NCBI GenBank assembly: GCA_000165345.1
Contig: CM000430.1
Coordinates: forward strand, 416,001-480,000
Length of the DNA stretch: 64,000 nucleotides
Direction: 5' to 3'
Part shown: positions 11,031 through 21,847 of the stretch, piece by piece
Layout: each line of letters opens with the position of its first letter
Numbering within the stretch: the first letter of the stretch is position 1
Program-made: the position numbers and the translations under genes
Notes under the pieces: generated by a model
Seen by the model: the letters and a program-made list of their open reading frames with translations, nothing else
What the model was told of the DNA's origin: nothing
The model's database searches: none

Positions 11031-14000
11031 TCATTTAGTTTTGTTCCATGGCCCCTCTTCTACTCCAGGACAGATCGACTGTGCCATGTGCAGGTTGTTT
11101 TGTGAAATATATTTTGACGTATGGAGATTGCTTGCAGCCTTGTTTGAGAGCTCACTGGCTATTGGTTCTATTGTTTCGCCTTGACCTGTAGGATTGTTTA
11201 ACATTCCCGAATTAGATTTCATTTGTAGTATAATCGGCCCAATATCTGGAAGCGACGAGAGTAGACTTCCATCACGATAGCGCAGATTAAGTAGGCCGTT
11301 CAGAGTTACAAACGCAGTTTTCAGAAATGACTCATTTACGCCAAATGTGCACGTTTCTCTAACCAACTCCGCGTAATTTTGCACATGCTTAAGCATCTCA
11401 TAGTACTCTGATTGTTGCTCATGAAGTGTTCTGAAATAAAAGTTTGCAGCAGCCCCATCAAATTGTATAGGCCCAGGGTTGCAAAAGCGGTCTTGCATTG
11501 CCCAATGTTCCTGAACGATTTTTAACCAACGATATGCTTTACCTTTCAGATCCACTTCACTAGAAGGAATTGTAGGAATGTTGCTTGGGAGTTCAGGATG
11601 GGTCTCATCGTTGGAAGGAACAATTTTCATTAGGCAATTAAATGGTATTGCTGTCATTCTCCAATCGGAAACATCGCCGCACAACCCTCTAATAGAACAA
11701 AGATGGCCTGTTAGTCCGCTCTCAACAACTATCGAAGCAAAATGCCCAAGCGCATACCCTAGCTTTGCATCAAACTGTGATGGCATAGCAGATCTACCCT
11801 GATATCCAAAAAAGTGTGTAAACGGCTGAAAATTGCCATTATATTTATTATCTTGTTTTCTTTTCTTAAGCTCCTTTTTTATCATTAAAACAAGAAGTGC
11901 CTCGGTCTCTATCGCGGAAAATGCAGAGTCAACATCTAATGAAAGTATTTCTCTTCTAATGAACCTAGGTAATGACTTAAATAATGCGAGACTCCAGGGA
12001 GTCATTTTAGAAGAGTATTTACTTCCATCAAAGCTATCTGTAGGGCTATGTTCCTGATTCGCAGCCGAACTTTTGTTATCAGCCACATCTACGCGAGAGC
12101 TTTTTTCTTGGCTATTTGTGTGATCGGACAATGTGGGGTGATCGCTGTGTCCCAAACTCATCATTTCAGACATAAATAATTTCATCTCGGAATGTTCTTC
12201 AGCGAATCTTCGTAATTCATTTATTTCAGAAATTAAAATCTTCATATCTGGTAAATGTGAAAGTAATGCATCTGGAATGAGTACAGTTCCGAAGTTCTTT
12301 CCAAACTCCGCTCTCTTACATATTACATCTGCCACATCTTCTACGATGTGAACAAGAGTTTTATCAGCTGCTCCATATTCTTCAGCAATTATTACAACAT
12401 TTGGATGTGTCTGTAGTGCGCACTCCAGAACTTCATTTGAAGGTTGCCTTCCCATTAATCTAATAAAATGCCAATATTTAGGCATTGAAGCAGCATCCGT
12501 TAATACATTTCCAATTAAGCTTGCATACAATTTAGTGCTTGAATCAAACCCTACGCATGCCTCTACTAGATCATTTGCTAAGTTGTTAGACGCAGTTGCT
12601 GGGACGCCAACAACCTTAGTATTACAGTTATTTTGTAGAAAATACTCTGCCAAGATTGCGCCCTGGGTCATTCCAAATGCAGAGCCACACAATACAAGGC
12701 CATCCAAATGTAAACTTTCACAAACCTTTCTAGCCTTTTCCAAATTCTCTTTCGAAACTAAACACTCTGTATACGTTCTTCCAATTAATTCCGATCCTCC
12801 TTGATTTGGCAAAAGATCTACATCTTTCTCAGTAAGTGTAATATGCTTCCCTTGCAAAAATCCTTTAACTCCATAAAAGCCCAAACATCTTCCCCTTACC
12901 ATTTTCAGACGGTGGTATAGTCCCCATACCACATTTGCAATTCCAGGTGCTTGTCTAGACATAAGCAATACTCCTATTCTCAACCCTACATTGGGCTCTT
13001 CAGATGAAATGTCAAGTTGCGCTTCTTGGCAATAAAAGTGATTTGAATTACATAAATGAGGATAACAGGTTGTAATCTGTCTTTTTATCAGAGGATCAGA
13101 TAAATTATATTGAGTAGTCGGTTTACATCTTGCTTTAAGGTGGGTAAGTAGCAGTGGCAACGGAGGTCTATATGTTGTGCGATAAAGTTGGAGAGAGGAG
13201 AGGGTTCCCTGAATTCTATTAAATACACCTCTTTTCCCTCCCCCATTATTTGGTTGTACAATATTTATATCAGTATCTGTAACTGAGGCATCCTCTCCGC
13301 ATAATAAATCTTGTAACTCCGGCGTTCTTACAATATAAGGGATAGTTTCAGAGCATGGGCCTTCGAATTGTAAAGGTCCAGGCGCCCTATATAAATCTTG
13401 AAACTTCCAAATATCTCGAACCTGTTTTAATAGTTTGAAAAGTGGCCCATTCAAATCGACTAACTGACGAGTAACTGCAGCATAGCACTGACCGTCTTGT
13501 CTGGATTTTTTAACTTCCATAATTCTAGTAATACTTATACCGCATGCTTGCCAACTAAGAGGATTCCCTTCTAATCCTCTTATAACTGCCAAGTAACCAT
13601 TCATACCTTTATAAACCAACGCTCCTGCGCAATGGCCCAGTGCGTAACAATAGTTAGAATCAAAATTAGATGGCATGGCGCATCTTCCTTCATAACCCAA
13701 ATAATGATGCATCATTGTAAATCCAAAAGGCATCAGTATTGAGCCATTTGACTTATTTGAAATTTCTACCTGATCTGAAATTGTTTCCTTGGTTTGGCCA
13801 TGTTCAAAATCATAATAGAAAGATGTTCCATGCCTCCTATGTAACTCTGCTTCAACAAGTAGTATAAGTAATCTCTCTGTTGCTATTTTTGCAACTTGTA
13901 TTTGGCCAGTAGCCTCTCTATCAAGTAACAATTGCTCTCTAATATTTTCTGGAAGGTACTCCCAAATTTTTGCAGAAGACTCCGAAAGACAACTGCATAT

Positions 14001-15311
14001 CTTTTTATCAAAGTCGTCAGGTGAAGCTTCCTGATCGCATTCAGACCCCTCATACTTTAACTTATCAAGGATTTCATTTAATTCTTGAATTAAAATTTTC
14101 ATTTCTGGGATAAACTCAATTAAGCCTTCAGGTATTAATATTATGCCATACATTTTGCCCATTTTTGAACGCTCTTCCATTAAATCTACAATATTCTTCA
14201 CTATTTCAAATAATGTTATTCCTTCTTGTTCAACTTCTTCTGCAATGAAAACAATATTTGGTCTTGTTTGCAATGCGACTTCCAGAGCCAAATGCGATGC
14301 TGATCTACCCATAACTCTTACGAAGTGATAGACATTTTGTGATGTACAAATGTCTGAGCAAAGATTACCTACGCACTCAGCGTAAGTCCTCGCAGCAGTA
14401 TCAAATCCAAAAGAGACTTCAATAGCAGGGTTTTTTAAATCTCCATCAATAGTTTTTGGGACCCCTACAATACAAAAATTTTTGTTTTTCTTTGCCATGT
14501 AATCCGCGATCAACGCAGCATTTGAATTTGAGCCATCACCTCCAATAACAATTAATCCATGTAATTGAAGCTGCTCGCAAACTTTTTCAACTCTTTCCAA
14601 ATCTTGCTCTCCATTAATTCTCCCTCTACCAGACCAAAGCATATCAAAACCTCCTTGGTTTCTAAATCGATCCATTAATTCATCTGAAATAACCTTATAA
14701 GTTGATTTGAAAAGACCATCTAACCCACCTAAAAATCCGAATAGCTGGCTATCAGGGTGATGATTCTTAATAAAATCATATACACCGCAAATGACATTAT
14801 GTCCGCCAGGTGCAGGACCACCTGATAATACAATTCCAACTCTAAGAGCATGGTCTGAATTCTCCGAGTTCTTTGATTCATCTCGAGTTATTTCAATGCA
14901 TGGTCTCCCAAATGTGTTCGGTAACAATTCTTTGAGTTTATTCTCATCTTTTTGGATCAAGTCAGGAATTTCAATCTCTTTTATTTTTATGCAGTTTGAA
15001 GATAAGGAATATGGCAATGTTGGCACCCATTTTTGTCTTTCTAATTGCACGGGACTAAAGTTTTCAAAGAGATCTGCTGAGTGCAAATGAGGTTTTCCAC
15101 CCATTGACAATTTAAATGAGTCTAACCTAGTTGCAATATTACGTTCTATTGAATCTCTTCTACGAATATGCTTTTGAGACGTTATCGCTTTAGAAATTAA
15201 TGGAATACTACGTTCTTTATCGATATGAGTGTCTTCAAGTATTACAGCCAAACTTCTAAGCCGGCGAATAGCATTTCTTTGGCTTCTGTTCATTTCTCCA
15301 TTCAAAAACAT
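11031..15311 (-). CDS. Phosphofructokinase, long duplicated (beta-alpha fused) PFP-type, 1426 aa; phosphoryl donor (PPi versus ATP) not decidable from sequence
   Basis: The N-terminal half has canonical PFK motifs GGPAPGGHNV, IGGDGSNS, PKTIDGD and MGRSASH. The C-terminal half is homologous but degenerate at these positions (SRQAPGIANV, CGSAFGMTQG, PATASNN, MGRQPSN). The architecture matches the ~1400-aa apicomplexan PFKs. Confidence 0.9.
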   Translation of the reverse strand: MFLNGEMNRSQRNAIRRLRSLAVILEDTHIDKERSIPLISKAITSQKHIRRRDSIERNIATRLDSFKLSMGGKPHLHSADLFENFSPVQLERQKWVPTLPYSLSSNCIKIKEIEIPDLIQKDENKLKELLPNTFGRPCIEITRDESKNSENSDHALRVGIVLSGGPAPGGHNVICGVYDFIKNHHPDSQLFGFLGGLDGLFKSTYKVISDELMDRFRNQGGFDMLWSGRGRINGEQDLERVEKVCEQLQLHGLIVIGGDGSNSNAALIADYMAKKNKNFCIVGVPKTIDGDLKNPAIEVSFGFDTAARTYAECVGNLCSDICTSQNVYHFVRVMGRSASHLALEVALQTRPNIVFIAEEVEQEGITLFEIVKNIVDLMEERSKMGKMYGIILIPEGLIEFIPEMKILIQELNEILDKLKYEGSECDQEASPDDFDKKICSCLSESSAKIWEYLPENIREQLLLDREATGQIQVAKIATERLLILLVEAELHRRHGTSFYYDFEHGQTKETISDQVEISNKSNGSILMPFGFTMMHHYLGYEGRCAMPSNFDSNYCYALGHCAGALVYKGMNGYLAVIRGLEGNPLSWQACGISITRIMEVKKSRQDGQCYAAVTRQLVDLNGPLFKLLKQVRDIWKFQDLYRAPGPLQFEGPCSETIPYIVRTPELQDLLCGEDASVTDTDINIVQPNNGGGKRGVFNRIQGTLSSLQLYRTTYRPPLPLLLTHLKARCKPTTQYNLSDPLIKRQITTCYPHLCNSNHFYCQEAQLDISSEEPNVGLRIGVLLMSRQAPGIANVVWGLYHRLKMVRGRCLGFYGVKGFLQGKHITLTEKDVDLLPNQGGSELIGRTYTECLVSKENLEKARKVCESLHLDGLVLCGSAFGMTQGAILAEYFLQNNCNTKVVGVPATASNNLANDLVEACVGFDSSTKLYASLIGNVLTDAASMPKYWHFIRLMGRQPSNEVLECALQTHPNVVIIAEEYGAADKTLVHIVEDVADVICKRAEFGKNFGTVLIPDALLSHLPDMKILISEINELRRFAEEHSEMKLFMSEMMSLGHSDHPTLSDHTNSQEKSSRVDVADNKSSAANQEHSPTDSFDGSKYSSKMTPWSLALFKSLPRFIRREILSLDVDSAFSAIETEALLVLMIKKELKKRKQDNKYNGNFQPFTHFFGYQGRSAMPSQFDAKLGYALGHFASIVVESGLTGHLCSIRGLCGDVSDWRMTAIPFNCLMKIVPSNDETHPELPSNIPTIPSSEVDLKGKAYRWLKIVQEHWAMQDRFCNPGPIQFDGAAANFYFRTLHEQQSEYYEMLKHVQNYAELVRETCTFGVNESFLKTAFVTLNGLLNLRYRDGSLLSSLPDIGPIILQMKSNSGMLNNPTGQGETIEPIASELSNKAASNLHTSKYISQNNLHMAQSICPGVEEGPWNKTK

Positions 15312-15888
15312 TGAATTAACAAAATATATATAATATATTTTAAAAAATGAGTATTAGAGCTTCTGGCTGTAATACCGATTATGGTAAAATAAACAACCAA
15401 TATTTAATTTTGTTACTTAGATTTGATTTTAATAAAAATAAACACAAAGAAATGATACTAATTACACACAAACCCTATTAATTTATATCGTCACTCATAT
15501 TGAAACATATGCATCAGGATAATCTCCCGCCAATGAATTGAATTCCTATTAAACTTTTTTATGTTTTTAAAGCCTACTCAGAAATTATTTTTCTAAAATA
15601 TATGATTAATCTTTTAATTGACAATATATGCTTGCTATTAATTCAATTATATTTATCTTCAGTTGAAGTAAATTACATTTTTCTATGTTAAAAATTATTT
15701 TTGGTTCCCATTTTTTAATATTATCGTTATATTTGAAAAATGTATACCCCTATGCCAAATTTGATCTTGAATAGCTTATTAAATGTGTAATTTAATGAAC
15801 TATCTTATTCTAAAATTTTTTTTTTTTTAGAGGGCAAATTTGCGCCATCTAGATATTACATTACATGTAAATATTAGGCTTTTAGATC

Positions 15889-18800
15889 ATGTATTTCCAA
15901 CGCCAAGAAGTAATTGGATCGCCACCTATTCTTGCATCAATAAGATCAATTTTTTCTAATGAATCTAAGAAAGACAAATTGGGTCCAACATACCAGCTTT
16001 TTGTTGGAATAGGATATATATTTTATTTAATTATTTTTATGATTGTCATTACTAAAGTAATTCAGCCTAATGAAGAATATTCGTCAATATATAGTATTCA
16101 GAATGTACTAAAATCTGCAAATTGGAACCCTGACTTATCAACACCTAAAAATTCTATGCTATATAATATTCAGACAAATGGAGATATTCAAAATTGGATA
16201 TATTATGTTTTGGGCCCACCACTTTTAAATGGTCATATTGCAGATCAAAACCAAATTATTGGAGCCTCTCTAACAAAATGTGTCGGAGAATATATCAGTA
16301 ATGCAGTAGAAAATCAATATATTCCTTCAGACTATGGTGTTGTCAAGGTTCTCAGCCAAAGTAATTGTAAAAAAACCAAATTAAACTTAGTTTCAAGGAT
16401 TGCTTCTCCATATAAATACATGGAAGCTTTTTTTGATTCTTCTAAGGATTACGTTATTCAAGAAATCGAATCCAATCCTGAATTGCCAGTATTACCAAAG
16501 TTATTTAATAAAACAGATATAATTTCCTATACAGCAGAACTATTATTTTATAATGGAAATATTGACACATACAGCGTTGTATCATTTTCGTTCAATCTTT
16601 CTATCTTCGGTACATTTATCGTTGATGTATTATCTCAAAGCGCTTCGCCTATCAAAAAATATATTGGGTTTCCATGCGATGGAAGTTGTAATATAAATAT
16701 TACTCAGATAACTAAATCTGCGCTTTTTTTTACATATTGTGTTGTTTTTATTCTTCATTTGATATCAGGAATTATACTGCTCATTTCTAGTGCATCAGGG
16801 TCCCCAAGTTATTCATCCAAAGAGTCTGAAAGAAACGGTTTGGGGATTGAATCTTGGTCAAATTACTTTAAAGAAAGGTCGCTTTCTATTGCAATTCGAA
16901 TTTCTCACTTTTCTGTAATTTTATTATGGATTTCATCCGCAGTTTTAGTACAACTACTTCCAAACCAATCCCTAAAAAATATTTTAGAGCAAAGTAACCA
17001 AGCAGCAGAAAAGATCAATTTAAACCAATCATCCGAAATGCCACTATTAAATTCCATTATCTATACAATTAAAATTGCTTCAATTATAAAATTTACTGGA
17101 ACCGTAATTGCATGTATTGCATCACTTTTAATGCTGTTTAGGATCTTTCAGATTTTTTCATCTCTTTTTTCTCAAGTTAACGTTCCGCTAAAGACAATAA
17201 TGTTATTTTTTAGAAAAATTATTGGAATATTTTTTCTTATCAACCTAATTATTTTGACATTGGCACTTGGAATTATTATTTATTTACATATTGACAAGTA
17301 TTCACCAAATATTAAAGGAATTAAAGAGTCTATAAGTACCTCAATTTTTTCTATTATGCTTGCACCAATTTCTATTAGCCTGCAGGAGGAAACTACCGAA
17401 GAGACAATCTATAAAGTTCCAACAGTTATTTTTTTATCAATCGTATTGGGGATTCTAACTTTATACCTCCTATTAATTCCACTATCAACTGCCACCATAA
17501 TGTTTATTTACAATGAAGTTGAAATTCTTCAATCTTTAAAACAAAACACAGATAATATTTACACGATCAAAACGACTCTTAGTGCTTGGATTCAACAAAT
17601 TTTTTTTCTTTCAACATTCTGGCAATCAAAAAAAGTCTGGTCATTTTCGTCTCAATCGAATGACAAGGCCATAAAAATAAATCATGATATACAAAATGAG
17701 ATTGAGGCACAACACCAACAAGAAAGTAACAGTTTTGCAAAAGAAATCATTTTGAACCAAGGGGTAAACAAAACTAATAAAATGGACGAAAAAGGCATAA
17801 ATCAAGTGATACAACAAAAAAAGAAACAGTTTAAAAAATTTTTTGAGTTGCCTCCAAAGCTTGAATATATTCCATACCATCTTTTTTTCTTAATTGTACT
17901 ATTTTCCATAGTTTCTATACTATGGATTATTAATATAGCAAACTACCAGCTTCATACTGAAACAGGCGAAGTTATTTGGAAGATTCTCGATTCGCCTTTT
18001 AGAGCAAGATCATTCTATACATTTGATCCAACTTTGGATTTCTTCCCATACATGTTTAAAGATTGTTCTAAAAAAGATGAAAATCTCAATTTCTTATATG
18101 ACAAAAACCAGTTATCTAAAATTCCAGGAGAACTTCTCTACGGGCTATATCAGTCATACAGGCTCACAAATATTACTTCATTAAGTCACCTAAATTCATG
18201 GATTCAAAAAATTTTTATTCCGTTGATAAAAACAAAAAATACTCAGATTTCAGAAAAAAAGAATTTTTTGATAGATCTTGGCCATCCAACACTCTATTCA
18301 ACAGTTAACCCAATGTTATTATTTAAACAACATTTTAGTCCCGTTAAATGCAATTCTAATCCAATTTCGTCTGGATTATATTTAAGTACAATCTCTAGAT
18401 CAAAAAGCTCATTAAGCATTAAAGACATTTCAAATTTCAATCCATTGTCAGTAAATAATGTCCCAACTTCATTATCTGTTCCAAAGACCCAAATTCAAAA
18501 AATCAGAAATATATTCGCACGTATTCTTAAATTAGTGAATTTTAATCAGGGAATATTCAGTAGAGAGTTAACTACTTCTGCGGAAAAGAGTTCTCATATG
18601 GAGTCAACTCTATCAAGCTCAGGAGTAGATAGAATATTTTTTTTATATGCAGGTAAAGAATCAGAAATTTCCGAACAGTTTAATAAATCTTTACATGGGA
18701 ATGATGAAGGAAACTTATTTTGGGTTATAAGGTCTTATTCTCTTTCTACTGGAAGCGATGTAAATGTCGACTTAATCACTTCATTAGATTCGTTTGCTTC

Positions 18801-21345
18801 AAATGAAGACTTTAACATTCCTTTTGATGGTTTGTTTGATTATAGTATGGATACTCTAGAAATTTACTTCCCGATTATTATTCCAAATCAAAATTCTGTT
18901 TCATTGATAAAGTTAAAATTTGAACTTCTACGTACTGGGAAAATTGAAATTGAATATTCTTTTGATTTTGTGAAACATGAATGGATCAAACAAACTCTTG
19001 ATCAAAATGGGATTTATATTGATTCAAAAAATCAAGAAATTTCAGAAGATGTTGATGGAAATGAAAATGGAAGTGAAAACCAAGTCAAAGACTCGAATTC
19101 AAATTCAGGAATCTGGGTTTTTTCATTTGTTCTGATTGGGATACAGTGTTTTATTTTCCTAATATTCCTTATATTGGTCATTTACAATTTTTATAGAAAA
19201 AGATTATTAAGAAAAAGACTAATGAATCAAATAAATTATAAAATGGATATTTCAGAATCAGAAAGTGAAAGTGAAATACAAAAAAAAAAGAAAATTCGAA
19301 AACTTGGAATCAGAAAAATTGCAAGAAAAATCGGTAGAAAAGAAATAGAAAACGAGCAAACAACAATCAAAAAACAAAAACTAGAAACATTTGGAAATGT
19401 ACACTTAAATGAAAAAAAAAATGTTTTAGAATTTAGGAAAAAAAAGTTAGCACACAAGAAACAGAACAAAGAAATTAAAGAGGAAATCACTGATTCCAAG
19501 CAAATAGTTGAGGAAGAATTATACGATGAAGATATATTAAGTTTGTACAAGCTAAGTAATTTTAACATTTTAATTATTGTAATAATGTTAATTGCATTTT
19601 TCGTATTATTTTTTTCTTCAATCGCATATTATATTTTAATAATATCCACAAAAATTTCGATTAACATTAATTCAATTGATATTGAGGGTGGTTTTAATTC
19701 GATTGCTTCATCACATGGAGATCCATTGCCCTGGGAGATAGAAATATCAAACTTGAATGATATCAATTCGAAACTAAATATGATCGGTTCTAGTTCAGGT
19801 TTTTATAACGACAACGTGTTTTCCTTCAGTAATTTATTTGAAACAATAAATAACATACAAGAAATAAGCGGATACTTTGAGATGTTTGAAATAATCGGAG
19901 TTTTTCTTATTATCACATATTTATCCATTATTTTTATATACTCCAGCTTACTTGTTGATCGTCATCGTCGTGCAAAAATATTAAAGATGAGGCGTTACAT
20001 GGAAAAAACTGGGAAGAAACTAACTGGAAATTCATTCGAATCCCTCTCAGTGTTTACATTCATGGATACAACATCCCAAAGAGGTTTTAGCTGGAATGAT
20101 GCAAATTACGCACTTTTTCCTATTTTTTGTGTTGTTGCTTCAATTATTCTGATTTTTTCTTTGACAGGATATTCGATATTAGGCTATCAGGAGGCAACAT
20201 ATTTTTCATATTACTATTCAGTAATAAGCTCCCTATTAATGATTTTTAATTATAACAGTGTAAAGCAAGTAATGATGACGTCAATTACTCCAGATATATC
20301 AATTAGATTTAAATCAAATATTATTACATTTATTTGGAAGCCATTATATTATTTATTAACGTTTTTTACCTTTAATTTTATTTTAAAGGCATTAATTCCT
20401 GCTTCCATAATTTTTTATATGCGTTCAGTTGCATCTAAGAACTTGCAAATTTCACAGGATACTCTACTTTCAAAGTTAAATAATGTTGCAGTTACAAGAC
20501 CATCAATTCCAGTATTCACAAATGATTGCATCTCATTAAGAATGAAATTTTTTATCAAGGCACTTTATAAAAAATTAGGAAAATTTAAAAAATTTGATAT
20601 GAATTTAATGAAAGGTAACACAATTGAAGAGCAAAATGAAACAGAAGTAAATTTAACGGAAGGGAATCCTGACTGGATCTTTGCAAAATTAATACCGGAG
20701 CTTTTTAATGAAATAATTCATTATAAACTAAATATTGCAGAGCTTGTCAACAAAGACCAGCAGGGAATACAGGAAATAAGAGATTATTTAGGTAATATAT
20801 CACTCCAATTATTGTTAATTCAAGAACATTTAGTGAAGATTGAGTTTTTGAGATGTAAACTTTCAATGATAAGACAAGAATTGATGAAAATTGAAGATGT
20901 TAAAAAAGATATATCAAGAGGAAATAGAGAGTCTCAACACTATATTGATCGACTTTTACAGCGATTAATGAGTATTAATGATGAAATCGAACATTTGGAT
21001 GAAAGTAACAGAGTTTTAGGGCAAGAAAAAGAAACTGTTAAACAAAAAACATCAAGCGTCGCTGCAAACTATACTCTTCAAAAAGAAAAAGAAAAATTCT
21101 CAACTAATTTCTTGTTTGAATACGGTAATTCATATGCCAAAACATTATTTGAAAATTCCAAAATTAACGATATTGTCAGTAGCGATGAATATTCCAACGA
21201 AGATTCAGATGAACGCAAAGATCTTGATGAAACAAATAGAAATAGGGTCTCTGCAAATAATAACACAAAAAAAAGTATAATTAATTACATCGATAAAAGC
21301 GACAAAGACGATAGCAAAGTCAAGAATATTTGGAAAAGAGACTAA
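15889..21345 (+). CDS. Large multi-pass membrane protein, 1818 aa, orphan
   Basis: Uninterrupted 5.4-kb ORF in a 70% AT genome. N-terminal cluster of about 8 hydrophobic helices, a ~500-aa soluble middle, and a second cluster of about 6 helices (ILIIVIMLIAFFVLFF..., IIGVFLIITYLSIIFIY..., ALFPIFCVVASIILIF...). Contains Lys/Glu-rich low complexity (ESESESE, KKKKIRKLGIRK) and a C-terminal coiled coil. Confidence 0.6.
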   Translation: MYFQRQEVIGSPPILASIRSIFSNESKKDKLGPTYQLFVGIGYIFYLIIFMIVITKVIQPNEEYSSIYSIQNVLKSANWNPDLSTPKNSMLYNIQTNGDIQNWIYYVLGPPLLNGHIADQNQIIGASLTKCVGEYISNAVENQYIPSDYGVVKVLSQSNCKKTKLNLVSRIASPYKYMEAFFDSSKDYVIQEIESNPELPVLPKLFNKTDIISYTAELLFYNGNIDTYSVVSFSFNLSIFGTFIVDVLSQSASPIKKYIGFPCDGSCNINITQITKSALFFTYCVVFILHLISGIILLISSASGSPSYSSKESERNGLGIESWSNYFKERSLSIAIRISHFSVILLWISSAVLVQLLPNQSLKNILEQSNQAAEKINLNQSSEMPLLNSIIYTIKIASIIKFTGTVIACIASLLMLFRIFQIFSSLFSQVNVPLKTIMLFFRKIIGIFFLINLIILTLALGIIIYLHIDKYSPNIKGIKESISTSIFSIMLAPISISLQEETTEETIYKVPTVIFLSIVLGILTLYLLLIPLSTATIMFIYNEVEILQSLKQNTDNIYTIKTTLSAWIQQIFFLSTFWQSKKVWSFSSQSNDKAIKINHDIQNEIEAQHQQESNSFAKEIILNQGVNKTNKMDEKGINQVIQQKKKQFKKFFELPPKLEYIPYHLFFLIVLFSIVSILWIINIANYQLHTETGEVIWKILDSPFRARSFYTFDPTLDFFPYMFKDCSKKDENLNFLYDKNQLSKIPGELLYGLYQSYRLTNITSLSHLNSWIQKIFIPLIKTKNTQISEKKNFLIDLGHPTLYSTVNPMLLFKQHFSPVKCNSNPISSGLYLSTISRSKSSLSIKDISNFNPLSVNNVPTSLSVPKTQIQKIRNIFARILKLVNFNQGIFSRELTTSAEKSSHMESTLSSSGVDRIFFLYAGKESEISEQFNKSLHGNDEGNLFWVIRSYSLSTGSDVNVDLITSLDSFASNEDFNIPFDGLFDYSMDTLEIYFPIIIPNQNSVSLIKLKFELLRTGKIEIEYSFDFVKHEWIKQTLDQNGIYIDSKNQEISEDVDGNENGSENQVKDSNSNSGIWVFSFVLIGIQCFIFLIFLILVIYNFYRKRLLRKRLMNQINYKMDISESESESEIQKKKKIRKLGIRKIARKIGRKEIENEQTTIKKQKLETFGNVHLNEKKNVLEFRKKKLAHKKQNKEIKEEITDSKQIVEEELYDEDILSLYKLSNFNILIIVIMLIAFFVLFFSSIAYYILIISTKISININSIDIEGGFNSIASSHGDPLPWEIEISNLNDINSKLNMIGSSSGFYNDNVFSFSNLFETINNIQEISGYFEMFEIIGVFLIITYLSIIFIYSSLLVDRHRRAKILKMRRYMEKTGKKLTGNSFESLSVFTFMDTTSQRGFSWNDANYALFPIFCVVASIILIFSLTGYSILGYQEATYFSYYYSVISSLLMIFNYNSVKQVMMTSITPDISIRFKSNIITFIWKPLYYLLTFFTFNFILKALIPASIIFYMRSVASKNLQISQDTLLSKLNNVAVTRPSIPVFTNDCISLRMKFFIKALYKKLGKFKKFDMNLMKGNTIEEQNETEVNLTEGNPDWIFAKLIPELFNEIIHYKLNIAELVNKDQQGIQEIRDYLGNISLQLLLIQEHLVKIEFLRCKLSMIRQELMKIEDVKKDISRGNRESQHYIDRLLQRLMSINDEIEHLDESNRVLGQEKETVKQKTSSVAANYTLQKEKEKFSTNFLFEYGNSYAKTLFENSKINDIVSSDEYSNEDSDERKDLDETNRNRVSANNNTKKSIINYIDKSDKDDSKVKNIWKRD

Positions 21346-21379
21346 TAAATACTGGAAATTTGAAAGATATTTAATAAAA

Positions 21380-21787
21380 TTAAGAATATTCATATTTCGT
21401 TAATTTTTCTAGGGATTTGTCGATTATTTCAAAAATAAGTTTTTCTTTCTTTATTAAATTAAATTTTTTTCCGCATTTGACGAGTATTTGGTTTTCTGCG
21501 AGATGAGGAAAAAGAAATATTTGAGACGGATAATTCATAAAATAAAATAATGTATTCTGTGAATATCTTGAACATCGGGAATTGTTCCAGTTCTGAAGTG
21601 GAGTTAAACCAATTAAAATATCATCTCGAATCATTTTAGAAATTTTAATAAACCTGGATTTTTCAACGTCGCAAAGCATGTTCCATTTGCTCTCACACTC
21701 ATTCAAGGAGCGTAAATTTGAACTGTAGCCGAAAATGAGTTTTCCTGAGATATGAGGAACGCATGTGGCATTCCTAAGAGTTTCCAT
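21380..21787 (-). CDS. Hypothetical small protein, 135 aa
   Basis: ORF only, with no recognisable motif. Tightly packed between two larger genes (34 bp and 60 bp spacers). It could be an exon of a longer model. Confidence 0.3.
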   Translation of the reverse strand: METLRNATCVPHISGKLIFGYSSNLRSLNECESKWNMLCDVEKSRFIKISKMIRDDILIGLTPLQNWNNSRCSRYSQNTLFYFMNYPSQIFLFPHLAENQILVKCGKKFNLIKKEKLIFEIIDKSLEKLTKYEYS

Positions 21788-21847
21788 TTTTTATTAATCG
21801 GATTTGTTAGCGCTCGATTAAAATAAAATTTTTATTTTTTGGCACCA

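Noticed and set aside
10960-11184. 74-aa plus-strand ORF overlapping the 3' end of the PFK gene.
   Set aside because: It overlaps the PFK stop and C-terminus on the opposite strand and has no motif. Spurious.
15830-15850. gcaaatttgcgcc as an E2F site upstream of the 1818-aa gene.
   Set aside because: It does not fit TTTSSCGC in either orientation.
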